Positions 24,197 through 33,667 of a stretch of DNA of 64,000 bases are shown here, one piece after another; position 1 is the stretch's first letter; each line of letters opens with the position of its first letter. The position numbers and the translations under genes are program-made. The DNA comes from Synechococcus sp. (lineage in GTDB: Bacteria > Cyanobacteriota > Cyanobacteriia > PCC-6307 > Cyanobiaceae), in the NCBI GenBank assembly GCA_047284725.1, contig JBJBEO010000001.1, forward strand, positions 1,880,203-1,944,202, read 5' to 3'. A model generated the notes under the pieces. It searched no databases. It was not told the DNA's origin and worked only from the letters and a program-made list of their open reading frames with translations.

Positions 24197-25201
24197 CTAG
24201 GCAGCGGTGCGGGGGAGTCCGCTGATCACCGGAGCCAGCAAGGAATGAACTTGCTGATCAAAGTGGGCGCCGGCGGGGAGTCGGCTCAGGATCAACAGCA
24301 GGCACACACCGAAGAGATAGAGAATTGACCATCGGAACAACCCCTTCGCCCGCTCTGCGCTCTCAGGGGTCAGGGAGAGATAATTCACCATCTGCAGCAG
24401 GCGGGCATTGAAGGGCAGCAACAGCAGCCCATAGAGCAACCCACCTTCTGGAAGAACCCAGACCCCGAAGGCACTGAGCACCACCGTGGCCCAGCCGTAA
24501 CGACGAATCGCCCTGGCAGTCACCACTGGCCCTTTCACCACGGGGAGCATTGGGATTCCCACCGCGCGATAGTCGTCCCGAAGCAGGAGCGCCAAGGCCC
24601 AGAAATGCGCCGGCGTCCACACCATCACGAGGGCAAAGAGCCACCATCCCCCCAGTCCAATGTGGCCCGCTGCCGCTGCAGCCCCCACAAGGGGAGGGAT
24701 CGCCCCAGCCACTCCACCAATGACAATGTTCTGAGGGGTGCGGGGTTTCAGCAGCGCTGTGTAGAGCAGAACGTAACTGCACATCCCCAGCAGAGAAAGT
24801 CCTGCAGCCAGACAGTTCACTCCGCTCACGAGCAGCAAAGCGGCTGCCAGGGTGCATGAAACAGCGCCTGCGAAGGCTGCAGTGGGGGAGAGCCGACCAG
24901 ACGGCAGGGCCCGACCGCTGGTGCGCTGCATCCGACCATCAAGGTCCTGTTCCCAGAGACAGTTGAGAACCCCAGCAGCGGCAGCAGCCAGGGCACCTCC
25001 ACCGAGGGTGCAGGCCAGTCGTGGAGAGGAGAGCGGCCATCCTTCGCTGAGGGCCATGCCTCCGAGGGTTGTGGCCAACAGCAGGGGAATCAACCGGGGC
25101 TTGGCCACTTCAAGCCAAGCGGGCAGCTTCACCCGACCGCGCGAGGGCACCACCTGTTCGCGAGTGAGGGCGGTCGCAGGAGACACCGTGGAACTAGCCA
25201 T
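24197..25201 (-). CDS. ctaB: Heme o synthase (protoheme IX farnesyltransferase)
   Basis: [46 protein letters not shown] and [11 protein letters not shown]. Confidence 0.96.
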   Translation of the reverse strand: MASSTVSPATALTREQVVPSRGRVKLPAWLEVAKPRLIPLLLATTLGGMALSEGWPLSSPRLACTLGGGALAAAAAGVLNCLWEQDLDGRMQRTSGRALPSGRLSPTAAFAGAVSCTLAAALLLVSGVNCLAAGLSLLGMCSYVLLYTALLKPRTPQNIVIGGVAGAIPPLVGAAAAAGHIGLGGWWLFALVMVWTPAHFWALALLLRDDYRAVGIPMLPVVKGPVVTARAIRRYGWATVVLSAFGVWVLPEGGLLYGLLLLPFNARLLQMVNYLSLTPESAERAKGLFRWSILYLFGVCLLLILSRLPAGAHFDQQVHSLLAPVISGLPRTAA

Positions 25202-26129
25202 GACAGGGTTCCAGAGAAGAGGACTCGAAATCGGCCGAATCTGGGCTCACCACCAGCCGCGGCCGCCGGCAGGTCAAAGCAGCGAGCAAGGCCACCAACA
25301 GACAGGCCACCAACTGATGCGCCACCGTGACGGTGGGCTGGTGAAGGCCAAGCCGAAGCGTGAACACCCCCAGGGCGATCTGAACCACCACGAGAGCCGC
25401 AGCACTACCGAGCAGCGGCCATTGGCTTCGGGCCCAGCCACCGGCCAGCATGGCCACCACAACAAACAGCAGCACCGTGGCAGCCACTGGGGTGGCAGCA
25501 CTGCGATGCCAGTGCAACCACTGACAGGCCTCACCGGCATCAAGGCAACGCTTCGCGGCCCAGGACGTCGCCATCCTTCCTCCCAGGAGGCTCTGGCCAC
25601 CCACCGCGAGAACACTCAGTGCACCGAACCAAGGCCACCATCGGGGAGGCGACAGCTCTGACGGACTCCCTGGTCTCAACAGCACCTGACTGAGGCCGCT
25701 CATCACCGCCACCAAGGTGAGGCCGAGCGCCAGATGGGCGGTGACAACGGAGGAGGGCAACAGCTGCAGCACGGTGAGTGCTCCAAGAGCTCCCTGAAGC
25801 ACCACCACCCCAACAAGGACAACACTGCAGGGAAGCAACCAGGGGGGGAGTTGACGACGCCACCACCAGGAAGCCCCGAGCTGAACCAGCAGAGCAATGC
25901 CGATCACAAAGGCATCGAGACGATGAAACCACTCCAGAAACACCTGGACGTTCATCTGCCGACCAGGGAGCAGCGTGCCGTAGCAAAGAGGCCAATCCGG
26001 ACAGGCCAGACCTGCTTCCATCACCCGCGTCGCACCACCGATCACCACAAGGGCCACAAGGGCAACGACCAAATGACTCGCCAGCTGAGCCAGTCGGCGA
26101 CGGATCGGCAACGAAGACGAGCTATCCAA
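25194..26129 (-). CDS. ctaA: Heme a synthase (COX15/CtaA)
   Basis: [24 protein letters not shown] and conserved His residues in TM helices. TTG start at 26129 after an SD-like sequence. Confidence 0.93.
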   Translation of the reverse strand: MDSSSSLPIRRRLAQLASHLVVALVALVVIGGATRVMEAGLACPDWPLCYGTLLPGRQMNVQVFLEWFHRLDAFVIGIALLVQLGASWWWRRQLPPWLLPCSVVLVGVVVLQGALGALTVLQLLPSSVVTAHLALGLTLVAVMSGLSQVLLRPGSPSELSPPRWWPWFGALSVLAVGGQSLLGGRMATSWAAKRCLDAGEACQWLHWHRSAATPVAATVLLFVVVAMLAGGWARSQWPLLGSAAALVVVQIALGVFTLRLGLHQPTVTVAHQLVACLLVALLAALTCRRPRLVVSPDSADFESSSLEPCHG

Positions 26130-26404
26130 CAGACCTTCACCCCCTTCATGACGACGGGAATAATCGGAAGGTAGCGATCTGCTCAGCAACGGCACGGTGT
26201 ATGGCCGTTCGCAACATCCAAACCACCCTCAACGTCTCCACCCCCTGACAAAACCTCAGTGATGGAGAAATGACTTTGGTGCACCGACAGGGAGTTTCAC
26301 CAACCCGTCTCACGACTTGAGCAGGAATTTCAACCTGGCTTAATGATCCATGCGTGGCTCTCCCACGGCACTGTCCATAGTCTGAAACGAGTCACGGATT
26401 CACC

Positions 26405-27271
26405 GTGCCCATTCCCTCTTCAATCGTCACTCTGGTGCTGGGAATGATCCTGGTGCTGGGGGGACTCTGGATCGGTCAGAACGTCAACTTGCTGCCGGCC
26501 GACGCCAGCGCCAATGCACCCATCTACGACGAACTGTTCCGCGTGCTGTTCAGCATCGGCACCATTCTGTTCATCGGCATCGTCGGACTCGTGCTGTTCA
26601 GCTTGGTGCGCTTCCGGCGCAAGGCCGGTCAGCTCGGAGACGGACTGGCCATCGAGGGGAACCTCCCCCTGGAGGTGTTCTGGACAGCCGTTCCGGCGAT
26701 TGTTGTGCTGTTTGTAGGCCTCTACAGCTACGACATCTATGACCGGATGGGAGGCATGACGCCCCTGAATCACGGCATGGACCACAACGCCATGGAGCAT
26801 GCCTCCCACGCGAGCGACATCTCCACTCCTGACGACTCCTTCAATGAAGCCGAGTCCCGGGTTTGGGGCGGGATCGGCACCGGCATCAGCACCAACGGTG
26901 GCGCCATGGCACCAGTCCCCATTGAAGTGACGGCGATGCAGTTTGCCTTTCTGTTTCGGTATCCCCAGGGTGACTTCATCTCCGGCGAACTTCACGTCCC
27001 TGCTGGTCAACCCGTGAGCCTTCGGCTGGAAGCCAAAGATGTGATTCATGCCTTCTGGGTCCCTGAATTCCGACTGAAACAAGACGTCATTCCTGGCCAA
27101 CCGACGGTGCTCAACTTCACACCCACCAGGCCTGGCACCTATCCGATTGTGTGCGCCGAACTCTGCGGTCCTTACCACGGAGGGATGCGATCTTCGGTCG
27201 TGGTGGATGAACCGGAGAGTTATCAGGCTTGGTTCAACGCCAACAACAAAGTGGAGGTCGCTGACGCATGA
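26405..27271 (+). CDS. ctaC: Cytochrome c oxidase subunit II
   Basis: LEVFWT, DVIHAFWVP and CuA motif CAELCGPYHGGM. Confidence 0.97.
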   Translation: MPIPSSIVTLVLGMILVLGGLWIGQNVNLLPADASANAPIYDELFRVLFSIGTILFIGIVGLVLFSLVRFRRKAGQLGDGLAIEGNLPLEVFWTAVPAIVVLFVGLYSYDIYDRMGGMTPLNHGMDHNAMEHASHASDISTPDDSFNEAESRVWGGIGTGISTNGGAMAPVPIEVTAMQFAFLFRYPQGDFISGELHVPAGQPVSLRLEAKDVIHAFWVPEFRLKQDVIPGQPTVLNFTPTRPGTYPIVCAELCGPYHGGMRSSVVVDEPESYQAWFNANNKVEVADA

Positions 27272-28938
27272 CTGCTTCTCTCACTCCTCAGAGCGATCAG
27301 CACGAAACCCGCCTGCAACCGACCGGCTGGTTGCGCTACTTCAGCTTCAGCGTCGACCACAAAGTGATCGGACTTCAGTATTTGGTCTGTGGCTTTCTTT
27401 TTTATCTGATTGGTGGCGCCCTCGCCGGAGCGATTCGCACAGAGCTGCTCAGTCCCATCTCTGATTTCATGCCGCGCGATGTCTACAACCAGGTCCTCAC
27501 CCTGCATGGCACGGTGATGATCTTTCTCTGGATTGTGCCTGTGGTGAATGGTGCCTTCGGCAATTACCTGATCCCCTTTTATGTGGGAGCCAGAGACATG
27601 GCCTTCCCTCGGCTGAATGCGGTGGCATTCTGGCTGATCCCTCCAGCGGGCCTACTGCTCATCAGCAGTTACTTCATCACTGGAGCAGCTCAATCGGGTT
27701 GGACGGCGTATCCACCATTGAGCATCACCACTCCTGCCAGCGGTCAGATCATCTGGATCCTGAGCGTGTTATTGCTGGGGGGCAGTTCGATCTTCGGCGG
27801 CATCAATTTCATCGCCACGGTGCTCAAGCTGCGCCGTCCGGGACTGAAGCTGATGCAGTTACCGATGTACTGCTGGGCCATGCTCGGCACGAGCATTCTT
27901 GTCGTTCTTTCCACTCCGGTTCTGGCAGGTACACTGATCTTGCTGAGCTTCGACATCGTTGCTCACACCGGCTTCTTCAACCCAGGACTGGGTGGCAATG
28001 TGGTGGTTTATCAGCACCTCTTTTGGTTCTATTCCCACCCTGCCGTTTACATCATGGTGCTGCCGGCCTTTGGCCTGGTGAGTGAAATCCTGCCTGTGCA
28101 CTGCCGCAAGCCCCTCTTCGGTTACGCGACGATGGTGTATTCGATCCTGGCGATTGTGATTCTGGGGCTGGTGGTATGGGCCCACCACATGTTCACAAGC
28201 GGCACGCCGCCGTGGATGCGCCTTTTCTTCACCATTGCCACAGCCTTTATTGCCGTCCCCACCGGCATCAAATTCTTCAATTGGCTTGCAACCCTCTGGG
28301 GAGGCCGAATCTCCTTAAACAGCGCCGTTCTGTTTTCCTGCGGCTTCATCGTCAACTTCGTACTCGGAGGCATCACTGGCGTTGCTCTGGCGCAGGTGCC
28401 CTTCGACGTTCACGTGCATGACACCTACTTCGTGGTCGCCCACTTTCACTACATCGTTTACGGCGGCACGGTCTTTGTGATCTTTGCATCGATCTATCAC
28501 TGGTATCCGAAGGTCACGGGACGGATGCTGAACGAACCACTGGGGCGTTTGCACTTCCTGCTGACCTTCATTGGCTTCAATCTCTGTTTCGCGCCCCAGC
28601 ATTGGCTGGGCCTCAACGGCATGCCTCGCCGAGTCGCGGAATACGACCCCCAGTTCGCTTTCATCAACCAGATCAGCAGTGCCGGAGCCCTGCTGATGGC
28701 CCTCAGCACCCTGCCGTTCCTCTGGAACGTGATTGCCAGTGCATTCAGCGGTGAGATCGCCGGTGACAATCCCTGGAAAGCACTGACGCCGGAGTGGCTC
28801 ACCAGCTCACCTCCTCCGGTGGAGAACTGGGAAGGGGAACCTCCTCTTGTGGAGGAGCCCTATGGCTATGGCGTTCCCCTTGATCAAATCGACCTCAGCT
28901 CTGCCAGTGGCAGTGATCTCTGGAGCAGCAGCAAATGA
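27268..28938 (+). CDS. ctaD: Cytochrome c oxidase subunit I
   Basis: DHKVIG, HGTVMIF, FWFYSHPAVY, VWAHHM and HDTYFVVAHFHY. Confidence 0.98.
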   Translation: MTASLTPQSDQHETRLQPTGWLRYFSFSVDHKVIGLQYLVCGFLFYLIGGALAGAIRTELLSPISDFMPRDVYNQVLTLHGTVMIFLWIVPVVNGAFGNYLIPFYVGARDMAFPRLNAVAFWLIPPAGLLLISSYFITGAAQSGWTAYPPLSITTPASGQIIWILSVLLLGGSSIFGGINFIATVLKLRRPGLKLMQLPMYCWAMLGTSILVVLSTPVLAGTLILLSFDIVAHTGFFNPGLGGNVVVYQHLFWFYSHPAVYIMVLPAFGLVSEILPVHCRKPLFGYATMVYSILAIVILGLVVWAHHMFTSGTPPWMRLFFTIATAFIAVPTGIKFFNWLATLWGGRISLNSAVLFSCGFIVNFVLGGITGVALAQVPFDVHVHDTYFVVAHFHYIVYGGTVFVIFASIYHWYPKVTGRMLNEPLGRLHFLLTFIGFNLCFAPQHWLGLNGMPRRVAEYDPQFAFINQISSAGALLMALSTLPFLWNVIASAFSGEIAGDNPWKALTPEWLTSSPPPVENWEGEPPLVEEPYGYGVPLDQIDLSSASGSDLWSSSK

Positions 28939-29534
28939 CCACTCTCAATCCATCCAGCAGCGAAACCGTCAGCACCACCGAAGGGCACGGTCATCCAGAC
29001 CACCGCATGTTCGGCGTCGCCACCTTTCTGGTGGCAGATGCCATGACCTTTGCCGGTTTCTTTGCCGCCTACCTCACCTTCCACGCCGTCAATCCTCTGC
29101 AGGCCGATGCCATCTACGAGCTCGAGCTGCCGCTGCCCATCCTCAACACCGTGCTGCTGCTGGTGAGTAGTGCCACCTTCCACAAAGCAGGCCAGAATCT
29201 GCGCAAGGGCGCGAACAAGGCCTGCCGCCACTGGCTGATGGTCACCGCACTTCTCGGCCTGGCGTTTCTCGTCAGTCAGATGGTCGAGTACTTCACCCTG
29301 CCCTTTGGGCTCACCGACAACCTCTTCGCCAGCACCTTTTACGCACTGACAGGCTTCCACGGTCTGCATGTCACCTTGGGAGCCCTGATGATCCTGATCG
29401 TTTGGTGGCAATGTCGCACTCCGGCCGGACGTGTCACCGCCGACAACCAATTCCCACTCGAAGCCGTTGAGCTCTACTGGCACTTCGTTGATGGAATCTG
29501 GGTTGTGCTCTTTCTGATTCTTTATCTGCTTTAA
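28935..29534 (+). CDS. ctaE: Cytochrome c oxidase subunit III
   Basis: TGFHGLHV and YWHFVD motifs. Confidence 0.96.
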   Translation: MTTLNPSSSETVSTTEGHGHPDHRMFGVATFLVADAMTFAGFFAAYLTFHAVNPLQADAIYELELPLPILNTVLLLVSSATFHKAGQNLRKGANKACRHWLMVTALLGLAFLVSQMVEYFTLPFGLTDNLFASTFYALTGFHGLHVTLGALMILIVWWQCRTPAGRVTADNQFPLEAVELYWHFVDGIWVVLFLILYLL

Positions 29535-29556
29535 GCAGAGCCAGCTTGATGAAGCC

Positions 29557-29592
29557 TGAACAACAACGGCGATCCGTTGCCGTTGTTGTTCA
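29557..29592. terminator. Strong stem-loop at the 3' end of ctaCDE (terminator or stability hairpin)
   Basis: Perfect 14-bp inverted repeat TGAACAACAACGGC / GCCGTTGTTGTTCA with no U-tract. Confidence 0.6.
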
Positions 29593-29627
29593 AAATCGCC
29601 AAAATCAAGTCAACTCTTCCTGATCAG

Positions 29628-30038
29628 ATGCTGGTCGGCCAGGAACTCCTCGACAAAGCACGCGCCCTCAGTAATCGGCGCGAAGATGAAATCGCACGGG
29701 GCTGCGGCTACGTCGGTCCGAGTGGCCGTGTTCTGAAAAAGAGCTTCTACAAAGCCTTGGTGGAAGCCAAGGGCTATGTGCTCCCTTCGGCATCAGCAAG
29801 CAGTGGAGGCGGCACCCGCGGACGACATGCCGAATTCCGCACCCGGGTGCATGGCAACGGCAATTTGCTCATTGGCCACGCCTACACGCGCCGGCTCGGT
29901 CTGGAGCCTGGCCAGGAGTTCAAGATCGAGCTGCACAAGGAATCAGGTTCCATTTGGCTCCTGCCGCGGGACGATGACAACACCGCCGACCAAGGGGCAG
30001 CAGCACCTCATACAGACGCTGCTGCCGCCATGGAGTGA
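29628..30038 (+). CDS. Cyanobacterial AbrB-like transcriptional regulator
   Basis: L.G.ELL.K...IARGCGY...FYKALVEAKG and VHGNGNLLIGHAYTRRLGLEPGQEFKIEL, the cyAbrB signature. Confidence 0.9.
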   Translation: MLVGQELLDKARALSNRREDEIARGCGYVGPSGRVLKKSFYKALVEAKGYVLPSASASSGGGTRGRHAEFRTRVHGNGNLLIGHAYTRRLGLEPGQEFKIELHKESGSIWLLPRDDDNTADQGAAAPHTDAAAAME

Positions 30039-30087
30039 TCAGACCAGAGCTGGTCAGCAAACACTGCCGATCACCATTCTTCCGTCT

Positions 30088-30741
30088 TCAACCCCAGCCA
30101 TGCTCCTTCAACCAAGCCGTTGAGATGATGGAGGTGTCGGGCTGGTGGCCCGAGCCCGCCTGATGCAACAGCCTCTCCGTGTAACGAGCCATCAGATCGG
30201 CCTCCAGATTCACCGTCGCACCTTGCTGCAGATGCTGAAGAGCCGTTGAAGACCAGGTGTGCGGAATCACAGCAACCCAAAACCGCGCGCCGTCAGCCGC
30301 ACAACCCGCCACGGTGAGGCTGATGCCGTCCACGGCAATGCTGCCCTTTTCGCACACGTACCTCCCATAGGAAGGATCCCTCCATTGCAGCTCCAGGCGC
30401 CATGACTGGGGCAGAGCCTCAATGGCGACCACCTCCCCCGCACCATCGACATGACCACTAACCAGGTGACCGCCAAGGCGGTCCGCGAGCCGCAAGGCCG
30501 GCTCAAGATTCACCACACCCCGACGCAGGGCCTTGGCTCCCAGGGTGGTGCGCTGGAGCGTCTCCTCACTGACATCAGCCAGAAAGCCGTCGGCAACGCA
30601 CTCAGCAACGGTGAGACAGACTCCGTCCACCGCCACACTGTCCCCGAGCTGCAACGGTGCCAACGGTGCGCAACCACTCACCAGGAGGCGCTGACCTCGG
30701 AGTTCGACCTGCCCAACCGCCTGCACCAGCCCAGTGAACAT
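30088..30741 (-). CDS. ribE: Riboflavin synthase (alpha chain)
   Basis: MFTGLV N-terminus, GDSVAVDGVCLTV, GGHLVSGHVD and KGSIAVDGISLT. Confidence 0.96.
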   Translation of the reverse strand: MFTGLVQAVGQVELRGQRLLVSGCAPLAPLQLGDSVAVDGVCLTVAECVADGFLADVSEETLQRTTLGAKALRRGVVNLEPALRLADRLGGHLVSGHVDGAGEVVAIEALPQSWRLELQWRDPSYGRYVCEKGSIAVDGISLTVAGCAADGARFWVAVIPHTWSSTALQHLQQGATVNLEADLMARYTERLLHQAGSGHQPDTSIISTAWLKEHGWG

Positions 30742-30797
30742 TGCTTCCCGCCCGTGGCTGTTCCTCTGGCCATAATCGGATAAGGAGGAGGAAGGCC

Positions 30798-31484
30798 GTG
30801 GTTGAAATGCACGTTGCCGGAATCGCTCTCGACGCGGCCAGCCGCAGCCCGATTGTGCTGCTGCGTGATCCCTCAGGCCGCCGTCAGGTGCCGATCTGGA
30901 TCGATCAGGCCCAGGCCCACAACATCATGGCCGGCCTTCAAGAGGAGGAGAGCCCACGCCCCCTCAGCCACGATCTGATGGCAGCCCTGCTGGAGGCCGG
31001 AGACCTGGAATTCGACCGGGTGATCATCCATGCGATCGAGGACAGCACGTTCCGCGCTCTGCTCAAGCTGCAAAAAACAGGCCTCTCGGAGGCAGACAAC
31101 GACTCAGACCAGCTCGACTCCAGCAACGGCGACCCGATTGCATCGGCTGAGGATCAGCCTCTGACAGAGCAGCAGCCCCCGTGCAGCGACGAGATCGAGA
31201 TCGATGCACGCCCCAGCGATGCCATCGCCCTCGCCGTGCGCACCGGGGCCACGATCTGGATGCTGGAGGAGGTGGTGGCGGAGGCCTCCATCCCCGTTGA
31301 TGCCGAGGCGGACCATGAAGAACAAGACGAATTCCGGCGGTTTCTGGATCAGGTGAGTCCAGCCGCATTGGTGCGCCACCTGCAGTCGCGCCAGCCCGAC
31401 CAGGCAGCGGGCGACGACGCATTCAGTGATGACGACAGTCCTGACGGCGAACCGAGCCAGGGGGACAGCGGCAGAAGGCCATGA
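30798..31484 (+). CDS. Bifunctional nuclease family protein (DUF151)
   Basis: PIVLL, VPIWI..A, PRPLSHDL and IDARPSDAIALAVR. AGGAGG lies upstream of the GTG at 30798. Confidence 0.9.
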   Translation: MVEMHVAGIALDAASRSPIVLLRDPSGRRQVPIWIDQAQAHNIMAGLQEEESPRPLSHDLMAALLEAGDLEFDRVIIHAIEDSTFRALLKLQKTGLSEADNDSDQLDSSNGDPIASAEDQPLTEQQPPCSDEIEIDARPSDAIALAVRTGATIWMLEEVVAEASIPVDAEADHEEQDEFRRFLDQVSPAALVRHLQSRQPDQAAGDDAFSDDDSPDGEPSQGDSGRRP

Positions 31485-32638
31485 ACAGGTCCCCCTCAGG
31501 CGTCTCAGCCAGTCGTCGCCGCTTCGGCGATGGACCGGAGGTGAGCCTGTTCACCCTGGGCACGATGCGAGCCCTCGCTTCGCCCGACCAGATGCTGGAG
31601 GTGCTTGAGGCGGCCGTGAGCGCAGGCATCAACCACCTGGAAACCGCACCGGCCTACGGACCCGCCGAGGAGTTTCTGGGCACAGCACTCCAGACCTGCA
31701 GGGAAGCGGAGCTCGCCCCCCGCGACGGCTGGGTGATCACCAGCAAGGTGCTGCCCGGGGTGGAGCTTGAGCAAGGCAAGCGCCAACTGCTGGCCTGCCT
31801 CCAGCGGCTGGGGATGCCACGGATCGACAATTGGGCCGTTCATGGCCTGAACCGGCCGGACCATCTCGCCTGGGCCTTGCACGGTGACGGCAAGGAGCTG
31901 CTGCAGTGGGCCCGGGGCGAAGGCCTGGTCGGTCAGACGGGGTTCAGCAGCCATGGCCCCCTCGAGCTGATCCGCGACGCCATCAGCAGTGGGGCATTCC
32001 GGTTCTGCAGCCTGCATCTGCATCTGCTCGAACCCAGCCGTCTGCCGCTGGCAGCAGCGGCCCTGGAAGCCGGCATGGGGGTGATGGCCATCTCCCCCGC
32101 CGACAAAGGCGGGCGCCTCCAGGATCCCAGTCAAACCCTTCAGGACGACTGCAGCCCGTTTACTCCCCTGGAACTCGCCTACCGCTTTCTGCTGGATCAA
32201 GGCATCAGCACGCTCACCCTGGGAGCCCATCAAGCTGCTGATCTGGCTCTTGCCCAGCGACTGGCAACGGCAGATCACCCTCTCCACCCCGCTGAAAAGA
32301 AGGCCCTGGCGCAGATGGAGAGCTCTCGCCTGCAGCGACTGACGCCCCATGCCTGCGGCCAGTGCAGAGCTTGCCTGCCCTGTCCGAATCAAGTGCCGAT
32401 TCCAGAGCTGCTGCGACTGCGCAATCTGCGGCTGGGGCATGACCTGCGCGCCTACTGCGAAGAGCGCTACAACCTGATCGGTCGCGCCGGACACTGGTGG
32501 GAATCCAGGGATGCGAGTGCCTGTGAACGCTGCGGCGAGTGCCTACCGCGCTGTCCCCACGGGCTGCCGATCCCTGAGCTGCTGGCGGAAACCCACAGCT
32601 TGCTCGCGGCCCCACCACGCCGGCGTCTATGGGGCTGA
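31481..32638 (+). CDS. Aldo/keto reductase with C-terminal 4Fe-4S dicluster domain
   Basis: LGTMR, GINHLETAPAYG, GFSSHG, and Cys clusters CGQCRACLPC and CERCGECLPRCP. Confidence 0.88.
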   Translation: MNRSPSGVSASRRRFGDGPEVSLFTLGTMRALASPDQMLEVLEAAVSAGINHLETAPAYGPAEEFLGTALQTCREAELAPRDGWVITSKVLPGVELEQGKRQLLACLQRLGMPRIDNWAVHGLNRPDHLAWALHGDGKELLQWARGEGLVGQTGFSSHGPLELIRDAISSGAFRFCSLHLHLLEPSRLPLAAAALEAGMGVMAISPADKGGRLQDPSQTLQDDCSPFTPLELAYRFLLDQGISTLTLGAHQAADLALAQRLATADHPLHPAEKKALAQMESSRLQRLTPHACGQCRACLPCPNQVPIPELLRLRNLRLGHDLRAYCEERYNLIGRAGHWWESRDASACERCGECLPRCPHGLPIPELLAETHSLLAAPPRRRLWG

Positions 32639-33667
32639 GGCCTGCCAGCGGTCGGCAAGTTGCCTAGCAGCAGCAGCGGTCAAAGGCGGCAGATTCCAAC
32701 ATTGATGCCAGGTCTGCTCAGGCGGCAGCACCAAGGAACGAAGACGGTCGGGTACAGCGACCTGCATCGCTTGCAACGCAGAACGCTCCAGTGGCGGCAG
32801 CCACCCTTCCGCCAACAGCCGTCCCAACAGGGGGGAGCTCCAGGCCTCCTCCACCCAGGCCTGAGGCAGTGGTTCACGGGTCGTGACTGGGCGCATCAAC
32901 AGTGTCCAGTCGAGAGGTGCCCCCTGATCAGGCAGCAACGCCATGATTCGCGGATCACTCCGCAAGGTCTTCATGCATCGGGACAACGGCAACACCGCTG
33001 CCTTGGCCTTGCCCTGCAACAGCCAATTGAGGGCATGACGATCATCGAAGGCAAGGGCAGCGGACCGCAGGCGTCGTAAGGAGTCCGGTCCCTTCATCCG
33101 CTCGGCAAGGCTGATCACGAGCCGTGGGCTCGCTGGCAGGACGACGCCCCCGGCAAGCTTGGGGGACAACAGGGCATCCCAGCCTTGATCCGCAGCGAAC
33201 GTCCCACGCCCTTCACCGCGGATCAACATGACCCAGGGGCTGACGCCGACCGGCAACATCGCTGCCGCCAACGCCTCAGGGAACCTGTTGAGCAGGTCTT
33301 CGGCCTTGTCACTGAGCCGCGACCGCAGAGCCCCGACCTCCAGGGGCTGCAGATCATCAGCCTTCAAGGAGGCAGCCCAGCCATCGGGCAACGCCAACAA
33401 ATCGGCCTGAGCTGGCAGCGTCCCCTCCAGCAGAGGTTGCTGCGACTCGAGTGGAGTAAATCGCCAGGGTTTGACCAGTTGACGGCGCCAGAGCAACGGC
33501 AGGGTTTCCGGCGCCGCCATCAACGTGGGCGATTGCGGACGGGCACACCCTGCCAGGCTGCTCACCCCCAGCCACAAGCCGAGCTGAAGCATCTGACGCC
33601 GTGGGATCCGAGCCTGCATCAGGTCGGACGGCAATGACAGAGGGGGAAGGGAAGGATCGGCCGTCAT
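32627..33667 (-). CDS. ABC substrate-binding lipoprotein (PotD-like fold, divergent), Tat/lipobox signal
   Basis: PRRQMLQLG Tat-like signal, LAGC lipobox, DGW and LPASPRLVI. ATGA overlap with the cobT-like gene. Confidence 0.7.
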   Translation of the reverse strand: MTADPSLPPLSLPSDLMQARIPRRQMLQLGLWLGVSSLAGCARPQSPTLMAAPETLPLLWRRQLVKPWRFTPLESQQPLLEGTLPAQADLLALPDGWAASLKADDLQPLEVGALRSRLSDKAEDLLNRFPEALAAAMLPVGVSPWVMLIRGEGRGTFAADQGWDALLSPKLAGGVVLPASPRLVISLAERMKGPDSLRRLRSAALAFDDRHALNWLLQGKAKAAVLPLSRCMKTLRSDPRIMALLPDQGAPLDWTLLMRPVTTREPLPQAWVEEAWSSPLLGRLLAEGWLPPLERSALQAMQVAVPDRLRSLVLPPEQTWHQCWNLPPLTAAAARQLADRWQASAP

